Assembly: GCA_964645405.1 (NCBI GenBank)
Contig: CAZYCA010000034.1
Location: 70,131 to 134,130, forward strand
DNA from: an uncultured bacterium
GTDB lineage: Bacteria > Ratteibacteria > UBA8468 > B48-G9 > DSTR01
Reading direction: 5' to 3'
DNA length: 64,000 nucleotides
The notes under the pieces were generated by a model. It saw only the letters and a list, made by a program, of their open reading frames with translations. It made no database searches and was not told where the DNA came from. Position numbers and translations under genes: made by a program. Positions 9,402 to 19,442 of this stretch are shown in pieces. The number at the start of each line of letters is the position of its first letter. The first letter of the stretch is position 1.

Positions 9402-11600
9402 TTAAAAAGTCCTTCCCAGATAAAAAAAGGTGTTTCCTGTTCGCTGCCGGGACCAGCCGTGGCCGAAATAGACCGGCCCGAAAAGAGTATCCCCACCGAG
9501 AAAAAGAGAACAACTCCACAGGTAATCTTTCCCCGGAAAACTTTTCCAGGTATTCCCGGTTTCCAGACTGCAACCAAGGTATAATGCCTGTCCTAAAAGG
9601 GAAGGTAATCCCAGGACCTGGTAATAGTAAATTGCCCTTGCCAGGCCAAAAGCATTGTTCCGCAACTGTCCCTCCTCATAGCCGGGTAGTGAGAAAAAAC
9701 CACCCAACGCAAACTGTTCTTCCACTGGCAATTGACTCCCCAGGCTTGTCCCTGCCTGCAAGATTCCCAGGAGACTGTGCCTTCCAGAACTACCGGCAGC
9801 CTGGAAAGAAAGAGAAAGTTTGCGATAATTTTCATCCGCACCCAGAAAGCCAGCAGAATGAAAAAAATTAAGTTTCAGGTTGTAACCGTGACGGGGAAAA
9901 CCTGCCCGGTCCAGCTGGTCCAGATTCAAAGAAGTGACAAAACCAGCATACTTTCTGTTATATCCAGGCACAACTGCTTCACCGGAGATGGGACCGACTT
10001 CTGACAGACCCTTTTCCAGCCCTACCCTGAACTCTCCATAGTTTTCCCACTGCCAGCCAAAGTCCATACCAGCCCGCAGAAGGGTAGTCCTGAATTCAGC
10101 GGTAGCCCTTTCACCTGAATAAAAGTCAAAAACTGATTGTTTCAGCTCCAGGCGCGGCGCCAGAAAACAATTTCGGAAACTGCTTACCGGCAGAAAAATT
10201 TCTGTCCCGTATTTCATGGGCTTACCCAGTTCAAACTCGTTTTCCCAGTAAGCGCCTAACCGATTCAACTGAGACCAGGTATAATTGATACGCAGACCAT
10301 AACTGTTGTTTTGCCCGAAATCGTCGTACAGATGAAAACCAAAACGGAGATAGTTTGGTCCCCAGGATTTACTTCTCAAGCTCAGCACCAGACCTTCTTT
10401 CCCTTCCTTCTTTTTCAGGCGAAAATCTACCAGTTCAAACTCACCCAGGTCATAGATTCTTCCCATATCCCTCTGTAAGGTATCCACATTAAGCATTTCC
10501 CCTTCCCTTACAGAAAGTTTTCTTTTGACTATTTCTGGCTCCAGTTTTCCAGTTCCTTCTACTTCTACAAAAGAAGGCACTATCCTAACTTGCGGTACTA
10601 CCCTGTGCTGGACACAATATTGCTGATACTCTTCCGCAGAAAGAGAATAAAGCCTTAGTTTTTCCGTGGCAGAAGCAGCCTTTTTTTCGCCCAAGCTGAT
10701 TAACTCCTTTGCCCTGTTAAAAGCTGCTGAAGAAATGTTACCCAGATCTGGAGAAATCAAAATATCCTTTTCTTTATCCAGCCGGGCTAATTGCTCTTCC
10801 ACATTGCGCCTGGTCAGTAATTCCATAACCTGGGCAGAAATAGCTACCAGGGAATTTAACTTTTCCCGCTGAAGAAGAGGGCTGGATACATCCACAGCAA
10901 TGATAACTTCTGCTCCCATCTGCCTGGCAAGGTCCACTGGCAGGTTACAAACAAGGCCACCATCTACCAGAAGATACCCTTCCTTCTCTACCGGAGAAAA
11001 AATCCCTGGAATAGACATACTGGCTCTCAAAGCTTCCGGCAGACAACCTTTTTCCAGTACTACTGCTTTTCCAGTAACAATATCAGTGGCTACACAACGG
11101 AAGGGAACCGGCAACTTGTTGAAATCCTCAATCAGGGAAACAGGCAGTGTCAGACGCCGCAGTAAAAACATCAGTTGCTGACCGGCAATCAATCCCTGTG
11201 GCAGGTGAAACCTGCCCTTTTTGTAACCTAACTCCAGGTCAGCAAGGTAGGTCTGACTGAGTTGTTTCTGGTGGAAGGAGAGAAGTTTCCTTGGTGGCTG
11301 GTCCTTAAAGAGACTGCTCCAGTCAGTTTTTAAGACTATCTGTTCAATTTCAGACGCAGACATGCCTGAAGCCCATAACCCGCCAACAATTGCACCCATA
11401 CTGGTACCGGCAACAAAATCAACCGGTACATGTAATTTCTCCAGAACCTTCAGTACACCGATATGAGCCAGACCCCTGGCTCCGCCACCACTTAAAACCA
11501 GCCCCACCTTTGCTCGCTGTCCAGCAAATAATTCTGTCTGAACCCAGGTGATAAACAAAAGGCTGGAAATAAGAAAAAGTTTTTCCCTGGACACAACCAT
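9402..11600 (-). CDS. Patatin-like phospholipase fused to an Omp85/surface-antigen (D15) beta-barrel (PlpD-like, type Vd)
   Basis: The patatin motifs are GLVLSGGGARGLAHIGVLKVL and GTSMGAIVG (GxSxG); the catalytic Asp block LVDGG is present. The long C-terminal beta-rich region ends in an aromatic residue. The signal peptide MVVSREKLFLISSLLFITWVQTELFAG starts at the ATG at 11600. Confidence 0.8.
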   Translation of the reverse strand: MVVSREKLFLISSLLFITWVQTELFAGQRAKVGLVLSGGGARGLAHIGVLKVLEKLHVPVDFVAGTSMGAIVGGLWASGMSASEIEQIVLKTDWSSLFKDQPPRKLLSFHQKQLSQTYLADLELGYKKGRFHLPQGLIAGQQLMFLLRRLTLPVSLIEDFNKLPVPFRCVATDIVTGKAVVLEKGCLPEALRASMSIPGIFSPVEKEGYLLVDGGLVCNLPVDLARQMGAEVIIAVDVSSPLLQREKLNSLVAISAQVMELLTRRNVEEQLARLDKEKDILISPDLGNISSAAFNRAKELISLGEKKAASATEKLRLYSLSAEEYQQYCVQHRVVPQVRIVPSFVEVEGTGKLEPEIVKRKLSVREGEMLNVDTLQRDMGRIYDLGEFELVDFRLKKKEGKEGLVLSLRSKSWGPNYLRFGFHLYDDFGQNNSYGLRINYTWSQLNRLGAYWENEFELGKPMKYGTEIFLPVSSFRNCFLAPRLELKQSVFDFYSGERATAEFRTTLLRAGMDFGWQWENYGEFRVGLEKGLSEVGPISGEAVVPGYNRKYAGFVTSLNLDQLDRAGFPRHGYNLKLNFFHSAGFLGADENYRKLSLSFQAAGSSGRHSLLGILQAGTSLGSQLPVEEQFALGGFFSLPGYEEGQLRNNAFGLARAIYYYQVLGLPSLLGQALYLGCSLETGNTWKSFPGKDYLWSCSLFLGGDTLFGPVYFGHGWSRQRTGNTFFYLGRTF

Positions 11601-11680
11601 GATTTTACTTGAGAAACATTTCTGGCGGCAAATTTTACAGAAAATATCTGTCCGCATATAATATCGCTACCAGGAGAATT

Positions 11681-12730
11681 ATGTCCCCGGTAAGAATTGG
11701 TTTTGTGGGCACAGGCAGGATGGGACAGTGCGCGCATCTGCGAAACTATGTTCTGCTACCTGACTGCCAGGTGGTGGCTATCGCAGAACTGAGAGAGAAA
11801 CTGGCTGCTCTTGTTGCCAGACGTTACGGAATTGAGCGCATCTACCCTGACCATAGAAAAATGCTGGAGAAAGAAAAACTTGATGCCCTGGTGGTCAGTC
11901 AACCGTTCATCAGACACGGCCAGCTTCTTCCTGAACTACTTCCGGCAGGTATCCCCATCTTCATTGAAAAACCGCTGGCTTCTTCTATTCCTGCTGGAAA
12001 GGCTATCGTACAAGCCCTGCAAAAAAGTGGTACCTGGCTGATGGTGGGCTATCACAAAAGAAGCGACCCGGCAGTAGAAGAAGCGAAAAAAGAAATAGAA
12101 AAATGGAAGAAAACAGGACAGGCCGGTCGCCTCCAGTATGTCCGCTTAACCATGCCCCCGGGTGACTGGATAGCAGGTGGGTTTGCTGATTTGATAGAAA
12201 CAGATGAAGTTGTCCCGCAACTTCCGGTTGATGCGCCTGCCACAGATATGGATGAAAAAAGCTGGAAAGAATATCAATCTCTGGTTAACTACTACATCCA
12301 TCAGGTAAATCTTCTCCGCTTTTTACTGGCTGAACCATACCACGTAACTTATGCCCATCCCTCCGGGAAACTCCTTGTGGCAGAAAGCAAAAGTAAAGCC
12401 GCAGGCGTTATTGAAATGTCTCCCTATACCACTACCACCAGCTGGCAGGAAGAAGCTTTTGTCTGTTTTGAGCATGGTTATATCAGGATAGAACTGCCCC
12501 CACCTCTGGCATTGAATCGTGCCGGAAATCTGGAAATTTTTCTGGATATTCCTGGCGAGAAACCTCAAAAAATTATCCCTCAACTGCCACCCGTCCATGC
12601 CATGAGACGACAGGCAGAAAACTTTGTCCGTGCTGTCAAAGGACAGGGAGAGGTTATCTGTACAGCAGAAGAAGCGTTGGAGGATTTGCTGGTACTCAGA
12701 GAATACCTGCGTCTCTGGCGCGGAGTTTAA
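11681..12730 (+). CDS. Gfo/Idh/MocA family NAD(P)-dependent oxidoreductase
   Basis: The N-terminus is MSPVRIGFVGTGRMGQCAHLRNY...EKPLA, the Rossmann motif plus the conserved EKP. An AGGAGA RBS lies 4 nt before the ATG at 11681; the track ORF starts earlier, at 11609. Confidence 0.8.
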   Translation: MSPVRIGFVGTGRMGQCAHLRNYVLLPDCQVVAIAELREKLAALVARRYGIERIYPDHRKMLEKEKLDALVVSQPFIRHGQLLPELLPAGIPIFIEKPLASSIPAGKAIVQALQKSGTWLMVGYHKRSDPAVEEAKKEIEKWKKTGQAGRLQYVRLTMPPGDWIAGGFADLIETDEVVPQLPVDAPATDMDEKSWKEYQSLVNYYIHQVNLLRFLLAEPYHVTYAHPSGKLLVAESKSKAAGVIEMSPYTTTTSWQEEAFVCFEHGYIRIELPPPLALNRAGNLEIFLDIPGEKPQKIIPQLPPVHAMRRQAENFVRAVKGQGEVICTAEEALEDLLVLREYLRLWRGV

Positions 12731-12732
12731 GA

Positions 12733-13479
12733 ATGATGCTGGGGCTGGTTCAACTGGAAATCACCTGGGAAGATAGAGATACCAATCAGCAGCTTATCAG
12801 ATCTCTTTTATCTTCAACGGAGACAGTTGACTGGCTTATCTTTCCAGAGATGACCCTGACCGGGTTTTCTTTGCGGCAGAGCCTCCCGGAAAAAAGTAAC
12901 CAGGATGAAGACTTTTTTGCCTGCCTGGCAAGGGGGAAAAACTGCTGGGTAACCTTCGGTACAGTGGAGAAAAAACAAAATGTCTCCCTTACTCTAAACC
13001 GCCTGGGCAAAAGAGTAGCCAGGTATGCCAAGAGGTATCTTTTTTCTATGCAGGGAGAAGACAAAGTTCATCTTGCCGGGGATTCTTCCCTTACCTTTTG
13101 TCTGGAAGATTTGCAGGTAACTCCAGCTATCTGCTATGACCTGAGATTTCCTTCCCTTTTCTGGGAAAAGGCAGAAATCACAGATGTTTTTGTAATTATT
13201 GCTTGCTGGCCACTATCCCGGATTGACCACTGGCTGACCCTGCTGAAAGCCAGGGCCATAGAAAACTTAAGTTATGTGGTGGGTGTAAATTCTACCGGAA
13301 ATTCTCCCTGGGGTTTGCTGGGCGGGCACAGTCTGGTGGTAAATCCCAGAGGAGAAATAGTGGTTTCTGCTAATCAGGAAAAGGGCGTTTTCGTTTGTGA
13401 ACTGAGGAAAGAGCTGGTGATAGAAACCAGGAAACAATGGCGTTTTCTCCTTGACCGAAAGCAACAGGAAAGAGGGTAA
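12733..13479 (+). CDS. Carbon-nitrogen hydrolase (nitrilase superfamily) protein
   Basis: The length is 248 aa. The Glu block is LIFPEMTLTGF, the catalytic Cys context is AICYDLRFP, and a Lys block is present. The start is 3 nt after the upstream stop. Confidence 0.7.
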   Translation: MMLGLVQLEITWEDRDTNQQLIRSLLSSTETVDWLIFPEMTLTGFSLRQSLPEKSNQDEDFFACLARGKNCWVTFGTVEKKQNVSLTLNRLGKRVARYAKRYLFSMQGEDKVHLAGDSSLTFCLEDLQVTPAICYDLRFPSLFWEKAEITDVFVIIACWPLSRIDHWLTLLKARAIENLSYVVGVNSTGNSPWGLLGGHSLVVNPRGEIVVSANQEKGVFVCELRKELVIETRKQWRFLLDRKQQERG

Positions 13480-13480
13480 A

Positions 13481-14266
13481 ATGAAACTACCACATACTGA
13501 TTATCACATTCACACACATTACCTTGGTTGTGCTAACAGCACCATGACCCTGCCGGAGATTATCAGGGAATGTCAGAGTCTGGGAGTAAGTTCTCTGGCT
13601 ATCACTGACCATCTTAACACTCTGGAACAGTTACCCCGGCACGTGAAAATCAGGCAGGAACTGGAAAGTATGGAGGCAGAGATAGATATTTTTTTTGGTG
13701 TGGAACTTAACTACACCTGCTGCGACGGTGACTTTGCTTTCCACCAGGAGATTAAAGAAAAATACGGTTTCCAGTTTGCTATCGGCGGTATCCACACAAC
13801 CTATTTACAGGAGTATGACCTGAAAAAACTGCTTGACATCCAGCACCGGCATCACCTGAAAACCTGTACCAATCCACTGGTGGATGTCTTAGTCCATCCT
13901 TACTGGTTTGGTAAAGGGGAATTTGAGAGAAACAACTGGCCCTGGTTTGATTCCATGAAACTTGTACCGGTATCTTATGTCCGGGAACTGGGACAAGTTG
14001 CCAGGCAAACCAATACAGCCATTGAAATTAATGCTACTGCCAATCTGTGTAATCCAAATCACAGTGCCAGTTATGTCAAAGAATATATGGACTTTCTTTC
14101 TCTCCTCAATGAAGAAAAAGTCTGCTTCTCTTTTGGCTCCGATGCCCACAGCATAGATAAACTGGAAACGATTAAGGCGTGCTGGGAGGTAGCCAGCAGG
14201 TTGCACATTCCAGCTGAACGCATCTGGAAACCAGAAGTTAAAAGTTTTGTCAGAAAAAAATCTTAG
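13481..14266 (+). CDS. PHP-domain (histidinol-phosphatase-family) metal-dependent phosphoesterase
   Basis: Translation MKLPHTDYHIHTHYLGC...SLAITDHLN carries the PHP His motifs. The ATG at 13481 follows an AGGAAAGAGGG RBS and sits immediately after the upstream TAA. Confidence 0.65.
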   Translation: MKLPHTDYHIHTHYLGCANSTMTLPEIIRECQSLGVSSLAITDHLNTLEQLPRHVKIRQELESMEAEIDIFFGVELNYTCCDGDFAFHQEIKEKYGFQFAIGGIHTTYLQEYDLKKLLDIQHRHHLKTCTNPLVDVLVHPYWFGKGEFERNNWPWFDSMKLVPVSYVRELGQVARQTNTAIEINATANLCNPNHSASYVKEYMDFLSLLNEEKVCFSFGSDAHSIDKLETIKACWEVASRLHIPAERIWKPEVKSFVRKKS

Positions 14267-16011
14267 CTTGCAGGGGAAAAACAGGAAAGCAGATTTTCCT
14301 TTCCGGCAAACCGCCCCAGTCCGGAAAGGATATCATGGAGAAACTTACCATAGTTTATCCTTTCTTCTTCAGAAACTTCTACCCGTCCACTGGGCCTTTG
14401 AGGTAAAACCAGACAGTACCCTTTTCCATAGGGGATAAGGAAACCTACATTTTTGCCCAGATCGGTAACATCTTTACCTGTCTGGTAATTGTAAGCAGAA
14501 ACAGTGAACAATGGTCCATAGGCTTCCTTCAGGGAAAATTTTTCCCTGGCCCAGGTACCGGGTATCGCCTGGTTTACTTTGATTATCTCCTGTCCCCAGA
14601 TAAATCCTTCTTCTGTCAGAAAAAGACCTGACCCCTTTTCCAGAGGCAGTCCGGAAATCACCAGCAAGCCACCTTCTTTCACATAAGAATTAAGAACTCT
14701 GGCCTGAAAAAGGCTATCAACTTTATACTTGCCTTTCATGTAGTCAGCATCCCAGGTAGCCTTCTTCCCGTAATAGTTTGGTCCGCAGATAACAACCATC
14801 TGGTAGGTGGAAAGATTTACCAGGCGAGATTCTGCTGCAGGTATTAAGGCAAAATTTCTTACTCCAGAGAAGGGTAAATACTCATGGATGCCGTATCCCC
14901 CAACACTGATGTTGGTCGGAATAATGAGAAGAGGTCTCTCCTGCAGAGGCTTAATTTTTTCTCTTACCCGGCGGAAAGCTGCCACATTAAAAGACCAGAT
15001 TTCCGCGTCATCATAATCCATAGTCTTCACCCTTTTTCCGTCAGGCTCAAAAAAACCAACACCATCCATACCAGCTTGCACCGCTGCTGCCAGTCTGGCT
15101 TCTTTTACCTTTTCCACCACTTCTGTAGTAGCCCCGGTACCAAAATACCCTGCCACCAGAGAGACTATTTCTGCCTGGGGTGCCATGGTGCGGTAAGCCA
15201 CCAGCCAGTAAGTAACTTCCGGAGAAGAATAGTTGTCTGTCACAATACCATCATACCAGCCTGACATAACCTGGTACTCAGTAAAGTTCTGAGTGGCGAC
15301 ATCCGGCAACCCTTCAAAATGGAAAACTTTCAAGGAAGGATGCCTCTTTTTCAAATACATTCCAAATACACGGTGCGCGGCTGCTGAGGAAATGCTGCGA
15401 CAGGCCCACCTCCAGAAAGCAAAACGTTCCTCCTGATTCCAGATGGGAGCCATGTCAAGGTTAAGGCCTGTTTCTTTCCTGAGTAAGGGACCGTACCTGC
15501 GCACACTGGGAGTCTGCAGACCGGGCACCTGATAATAAGGATGGACAGTCTTTTCATAACCATACCATAAACCAGTTTCTTCCAGAAGGTGTACTCCATA
15601 AAGATTCTCCACACCAACAGCCTGCAAGACACTTTCTACCACTTCCTGGAAAAACTCTGCTCTCACCCTTTCATCCTGCGCGATATCAGGAAAGTTGAAC
15701 CTGTCCCAGTGATAATCACCGTCAGGTCCCCACCAGATATCCAGAATGACTTTCTTCCCGGCTTTCTTCAGAAGTTGATAACTCTGTCGGGCTTTTTCGG
15801 AAATCGCCTTTCCCGGAGGGCTTTCCTGAGTGAGGACATAGACTACTTCTGGCGTGTTGATTATCCGTTCCCAGCCAGAAGTACTTAAACCATCAAGGGA
15901 ACCAGCCCGATAAACAACCATCCCTAAAGGAACGGAGAGGATATCCTGGAGTAAAGCAAGTAAGACCCCACCAACCAGCCACCCTTTAACAGTTATTTTA
16001 TGATAAGTCAT
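14263..16011 (-). CDS. Hypothetical 582 aa protein with an N-terminal signal/anchor; possibly a glycoside-hydrolase-like TIM barrel
   Basis: The N-terminus is hydrophobic (WLVGGVLLALLQDILSVPLG). The body is acidic/aromatic-rich and W-rich (VILDIWWGPDGDYHWD...). Its start is coupled TAGATG-wise to the upstream gene. No confident family was found. Confidence 0.35.
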   Translation of the reverse strand: MTYHKITVKGWLVGGVLLALLQDILSVPLGMVVYRAGSLDGLSTSGWERIINTPEVVYVLTQESPPGKAISEKARQSYQLLKKAGKKVILDIWWGPDGDYHWDRFNFPDIAQDERVRAEFFQEVVESVLQAVGVENLYGVHLLEETGLWYGYEKTVHPYYQVPGLQTPSVRRYGPLLRKETGLNLDMAPIWNQEERFAFWRWACRSISSAAAHRVFGMYLKKRHPSLKVFHFEGLPDVATQNFTEYQVMSGWYDGIVTDNYSSPEVTYWLVAYRTMAPQAEIVSLVAGYFGTGATTEVVEKVKEARLAAAVQAGMDGVGFFEPDGKRVKTMDYDDAEIWSFNVAAFRRVREKIKPLQERPLLIIPTNISVGGYGIHEYLPFSGVRNFALIPAAESRLVNLSTYQMVVICGPNYYGKKATWDADYMKGKYKVDSLFQARVLNSYVKEGGLLVISGLPLEKGSGLFLTEEGFIWGQEIIKVNQAIPGTWAREKFSLKEAYGPLFTVSAYNYQTGKDVTDLGKNVGFLIPYGKGYCLVLPQRPSGRVEVSEEERINYGKFLHDILSGLGRFAGKENLLSCFSPAS

Positions 16012-17385
16012 CTACTTACCTGGTTTTTCTTCCGGGAAACCAAAAGATGCTTCTTTCACCAGCGCATTGTTCCACAGAAAGCGGTAAAGGATCTGGATTG
16101 TCTCTGCGTTCTCCTCCGTGACACCCCAGAAACCAAAACGGTTTTCCTGGACAGTCTTCAGATTGAAATTATCAAATTTATACCAGAAACGCACCTGAAC
16201 ATGAGCGTATTTCTTACTCCAGTCACTGCCGAGAACCTGTTCTCTTTTGAGATGAAAAGCATGGAAATCAGCAGTAATATCAGAAGCTTTCTCCGGCTCA
16301 AAAAACATTGCCAGACCGCGTTTTTCTTTGATGTTGGTAAATGCCAGCCAGCCTTCTTCAGCTTTTTTCGTCTGGTAATTTCGTTCCTCAGGGAAAGTCA
16401 CCGTAACAGCCTTTCCTGCCAGAGGCACCAGCAAGACATCGTTTTCCCAGTCGCGCGGATAGGTAGGGCACCAGGCAAACTCGTAGACAGCAGAGTATTT
16501 TGGGTCTGCCTGTTTAATAACCACAGTTTCCGTGGCAGTAACATAAGGCAAATTGGAATAAAGAGCGAAAAAGCGGTAGTAGTCTCCAGTGACTTTACCG
16601 GAAAGAGTCCAGCTGGGATTAACTTCTTTAGTGAAATCCCTGTCTATCCCGCTTGCCTTACAGACAACAATCTTGCGCACCGGACCATCAATGACCAGTT
16701 CCGGGTCAGTCCAGGGCAAAAGACTGGAGACCATGGTGTAGCTGCCACCCAGGAGATTCCAGCCCCAGGAATGTCCCTGGTAAATAAGTTCCTTGCCGTT
16801 AAGAACCAGACTGGTGATAGAGGCTTTACCCAGACCACCGAGCCGCAGTTTGCCATCAGGTTCTTTTTCCGTCCCTGTTCCACGAATTCCCACTGCCATC
16901 AATTTGTTTGCCAGTAGCCCGTTGTACAAACGATTTTTTTCTCCGTAAACCACCTTCTCAAACCTCACATCAGTCTGATATTCAACCACCGGCGCAGCCT
17001 TTTCCCGGTAATAAAGGAAAAAGCCTTTCTCCTCCCCTGGTTTCAGACTGACCTGGAAAACAATCTCATCATCTTTGTCCAGCTGACCATTACCTGGATT
17101 CTGGTAAATTCCAGTTCCATCTTTTTCATCTACCTGACTTATTACTTCCTGACCATTAACTTCTGTAACTCGCAGAGAACTGGTGGCAATAACTTCCTTT
17201 AGAAGACCGGTTTTTTTTCTCAGTGTTTCGCCGGTGACAATTACAGGTATATTCTTCAGGTCCCTGGTGCTTGAATTTCTTAAGGTAATTTTCAAACGAT
17301 AAGTCCAGTTTTCATTCCACCAGTTTTCTCCACTGGCAATCTCTGCGACCAGGCAAATTATTCCCAGCAATAGCAATTTTCTCAT
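16012..17385 (-). CDS. Secreted hypothetical protein with an N-terminal W-x-E-N-W-x-YR beta-sandwich-like motif (DUF2341-like?)
   Basis: The ATG at 17385 has an AGGAGG RBS. The signal peptide MRKLLLLGIICLVAEIASG is followed by ENWWNENWTYRLKITL. The stop TAG abuts the ATG of the next gene. Confidence 0.4.
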   Translation of the reverse strand: MRKLLLLGIICLVAEIASGENWWNENWTYRLKITLRNSSTRDLKNIPVIVTGETLRKKTGLLKEVIATSSLRVTEVNGQEVISQVDEKDGTGIYQNPGNGQLDKDDEIVFQVSLKPGEEKGFFLYYREKAAPVVEYQTDVRFEKVVYGEKNRLYNGLLANKLMAVGIRGTGTEKEPDGKLRLGGLGKASITSLVLNGKELIYQGHSWGWNLLGGSYTMVSSLLPWTDPELVIDGPVRKIVVCKASGIDRDFTKEVNPSWTLSGKVTGDYYRFFALYSNLPYVTATETVVIKQADPKYSAVYEFAWCPTYPRDWENDVLLVPLAGKAVTVTFPEERNYQTKKAEEGWLAFTNIKEKRGLAMFFEPEKASDITADFHAFHLKREQVLGSDWSKKYAHVQVRFWYKFDNFNLKTVQENRFGFWGVTEENAETIQILYRFLWNNALVKEASFGFPEEKPGK

Positions 17386-17574
17386 GTCTCCCTCCTGGTA
17401 GAGTTTTGTCAAAACTTTCGCTAACTATTTTTTACCCCCTGGCTTCACGGCTATCCCCTGCGCACATTTCCCCTCCCTGGACGGGAAAAGTCTTCTTATT
17501 TGCCACTACGGAAAAACCATCTTTTTATGATAGCACAGAGCACTCTTTGATAACCAGCTCAGATATCTTTTTTC

Positions 17575-17602
17575 TTGACTGGACGCGAAAGGTGGGTAAA
17601 AT
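17575..17602 (+). promoter_or_regulatory. Sigma70-like promoter candidate: TTGACT, 16 nt spacer, TAAAAT
   Basis: The -35 TTGACT is at 17575-17580, the spacer is 16 nt, and the -10 TAAAAT is at 17597-17602. It lies upstream of the small ORF that starts at a GTG at 17623 or 17629. Confidence 0.35.
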
Positions 17603-17622
17603 TAAATAACAGGTACACAGGG

Positions 17623-17835
17623 GTGTATGTGGCAAAGACTGAAGAAAACTGGCAGGAAAAGCTAAAAGGGAAATCACCTGAGGAAATAGCAAGGATTGCC
17701 GAAGAGATTGCCAGAGTCAATTCTCAACCAGAGTACACTGCCTGGAGTCTGGCTAAACGGCAGATTATAATTGTGACTATTTTGCTGGTGTTGACTGTCC
17801 TGGTTCTACTTCTGATACCTGTTTTTCTGAAATGA
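17623..17835 (+). CDS. Small (~70 aa) C-terminally membrane-anchored protein
   Basis: The GTG starts at 17623 and 17629 follow ACAGGGG. The N-terminus is charged and helical (EENWQEKLKGKSPEEIARIAEEIARV). A single C-terminal TM segment IIIVTILLVLTVLVLLLIPVFL follows. The track ORF begins at a TTG that lies inside the promoter. Confidence 0.35.
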   Translation: MYVAKTEENWQEKLKGKSPEEIARIAEEIARVNSQPEYTAWSLAKRQIIIVTILLVLTVLVLLLIPVFLK

Positions 17836-17853
17836 TTCTCCAGTGAAAACTTC

Positions 17854-18318
17854 TCAGTCTTTACCTGCTTTTTTCTCTCTGGCTCTAATCACCAGAACAG
17901 GACACGGACTGGTGCGCATCACCCTTTCCGCCACGGAACCAAAGAGGAAGTGGTTGAATCCGGTACGACCATGGGTGCAGAGAACAATTAAATCCACCTG
18001 GTACCGGCTGGCTATCCCGGTTATACTTTCCGCTGGCTGGCCTACTTCCGTCAATGTTTTGATTTTTAGTTGCTTTCCCTTCCTTCTCAGACTGATAGCC
18101 AGCTGCCGCAAATTAGCCCTGGCAGCTTTCAACATTTCTTTTTCATAACTTGCGACATCAAAAGTCACTGAAGGAGGAGATACAGGTACTGGCTGGACAA
18201 TGTGGCAGATGATAACCCGGGAACGAAAAGCCTCTGCCAGAGTGCAAACAGTCTCCACAGCCTGATTGGCCAGTTCACTGAAATCAGTTGGCCAGAGAAT
18301 TTTCTTTATTCTTTTCAT
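17854..18318 (-). CDS. Universal stress protein (UspA family)
   Basis: The length is 154 aa. The motifs are KILWPTDFSE and DLIVLCTHGRTGFNHFLFGSVAERV, the UspA ATP-binding-type C-terminal motif. Confidence 0.8.
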   Translation of the reverse strand: MKRIKKILWPTDFSELANQAVETVCTLAEAFRSRVIICHIVQPVPVSPPSVTFDVASYEKEMLKAARANLRQLAISLRRKGKQLKIKTLTEVGQPAESITGIASRYQVDLIVLCTHGRTGFNHFLFGSVAERVMRTSPCPVLVIRAREKKAGKD

Positions 18319-18334
18319 TTCACCCCCTGGTAAA

Positions 18335-18535
18335 TTATTCCAGATTAAAAAACATGGACATTAAATACCCTAAGGCAAAAGAGATTAACCCGCAGGCAGC
18401 AAAAACAGCGACTTTCTGGCCACTGCCTCCAGCCATGGCGTAACCGACACTGGCCAGAATCATCACAAATCCAACCCTTGGACCAAGCCAGCCCAGAGTT
18501 TCACCCAGGTTTTCCAGTAAATTTCTGCTCTCCAT
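18335..18535 (-). CDS. Small hydrophobic membrane protein (66 aa)
   Basis: It has two predicted TM helices and lies 16 nt upstream of the usp gene on the same strand. Confidence 0.3.
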   Translation of the reverse strand: MESRNLLENLGETLGWLGPRVGFVMILASVGYAMAGGSGQKVAVFAACGLISFALGYLMSMFFNLE

Positions 18536-18623
18536 AATCTTTCACCCAGCCATATTATACTTGCTTCCGGTAAAAAGAAAAATGACAGAAAACCAAAAGT
18601 TAAGGTAGACTATAGAAAAAGGA

Positions 18624-19442
18624 GTGCTTTTGCTTGCATGGTTTAAAACGCTTCACCCGGTCTGGCAGTCTTTCCTGGCAACTATTTTCACCTGGGGACT
18701 GACTGCAGCGGGTGCCTCTCTGGTCTTCTTTTTTCGTAATGTCTCCAGAAAAATGCTGGATACCATGTTAGGATTTGCAGCTGGAGTGATGTTAGCAGCA
18801 AGTTTCTGGTCACTGCTTGCTCCGGCGATAGAGCTTGCTTCTGCCTTTAGATTGCCCTCCTGGTTACCTGCTGCTACTGGTTTTCTTGCAGGAGGGTTTT
18901 TCGTCTATGGACTGGATAAAATTATTCCTCATTTACACCCTGGTTTTTCTGATTCCGCAGTGGAAGGTATCAAAACTTCCTGGCAGAGGTCTATCCTTTT
19001 GGTTCTGGCTATCACTCTTCATAATATACCGGAAGGGCTGGCAGTAGGTGTTGGTTTTGCAGCTGGTGCCTTCGGTGGTACAGATTCCTCTTTGTTAGCA
19101 GCTATCTCCCTCACCCTGGGAATTGGATTGCAGAACATTCCGGAAGGGGCCGCTGTGTCCTTACCTTTACGGCGGGAGGGTATGTCGGCGGGCAAAAGTT
19201 TCTGGTACGGACAGCTTTCCGGTAGTGTGGAACCACTGGCTGCAGTTCTGGGAGCAGCTTTAGTTTTGCTTATGAGACCGCTTTTACCCTATGCCTTAAG
19301 TTTTGCTGCCGGGGCCATGATTTTTGTGGTGGTAGAAGAACTTATTCCTGAGGCGCAGTTAGGTGAGAATACAGACTTAGCCACCCTGGGGACACTGATT
19401 GGTTTTGTCACCATGATGATTCTGGATGTGGCTATGGGATAA
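18624..19442 (+). CDS. zupT: ZIP-family divalent metal (zinc) transporter
   Basis: The ZIP signature [16 protein letters not shown] is present and a second copy reads [13 protein letters not shown]. There are eight TM segments. The start is GTG at 18624 or TTG at 18630 after AAAAAGGAG. Confidence 0.8.
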   Translation: MLLLAWFKTLHPVWQSFLATIFTWGLTAAGASLVFFFRNVSRKMLDTMLGFAAGVMLAASFWSLLAPAIELASAFRLPSWLPAATGFLAGGFFVYGLDKIIPHLHPGFSDSAVEGIKTSWQRSILLVLAITLHNIPEGLAVGVGFAAGAFGGTDSSLLAAISLTLGIGLQNIPEGAAVSLPLRREGMSAGKSFWYGQLSGSVEPLAAVLGAALVLLMRPLLPYALSFAAGAMIFVVVEELIPEAQLGENTDLATLGTLIGFVTMMILDVAMG

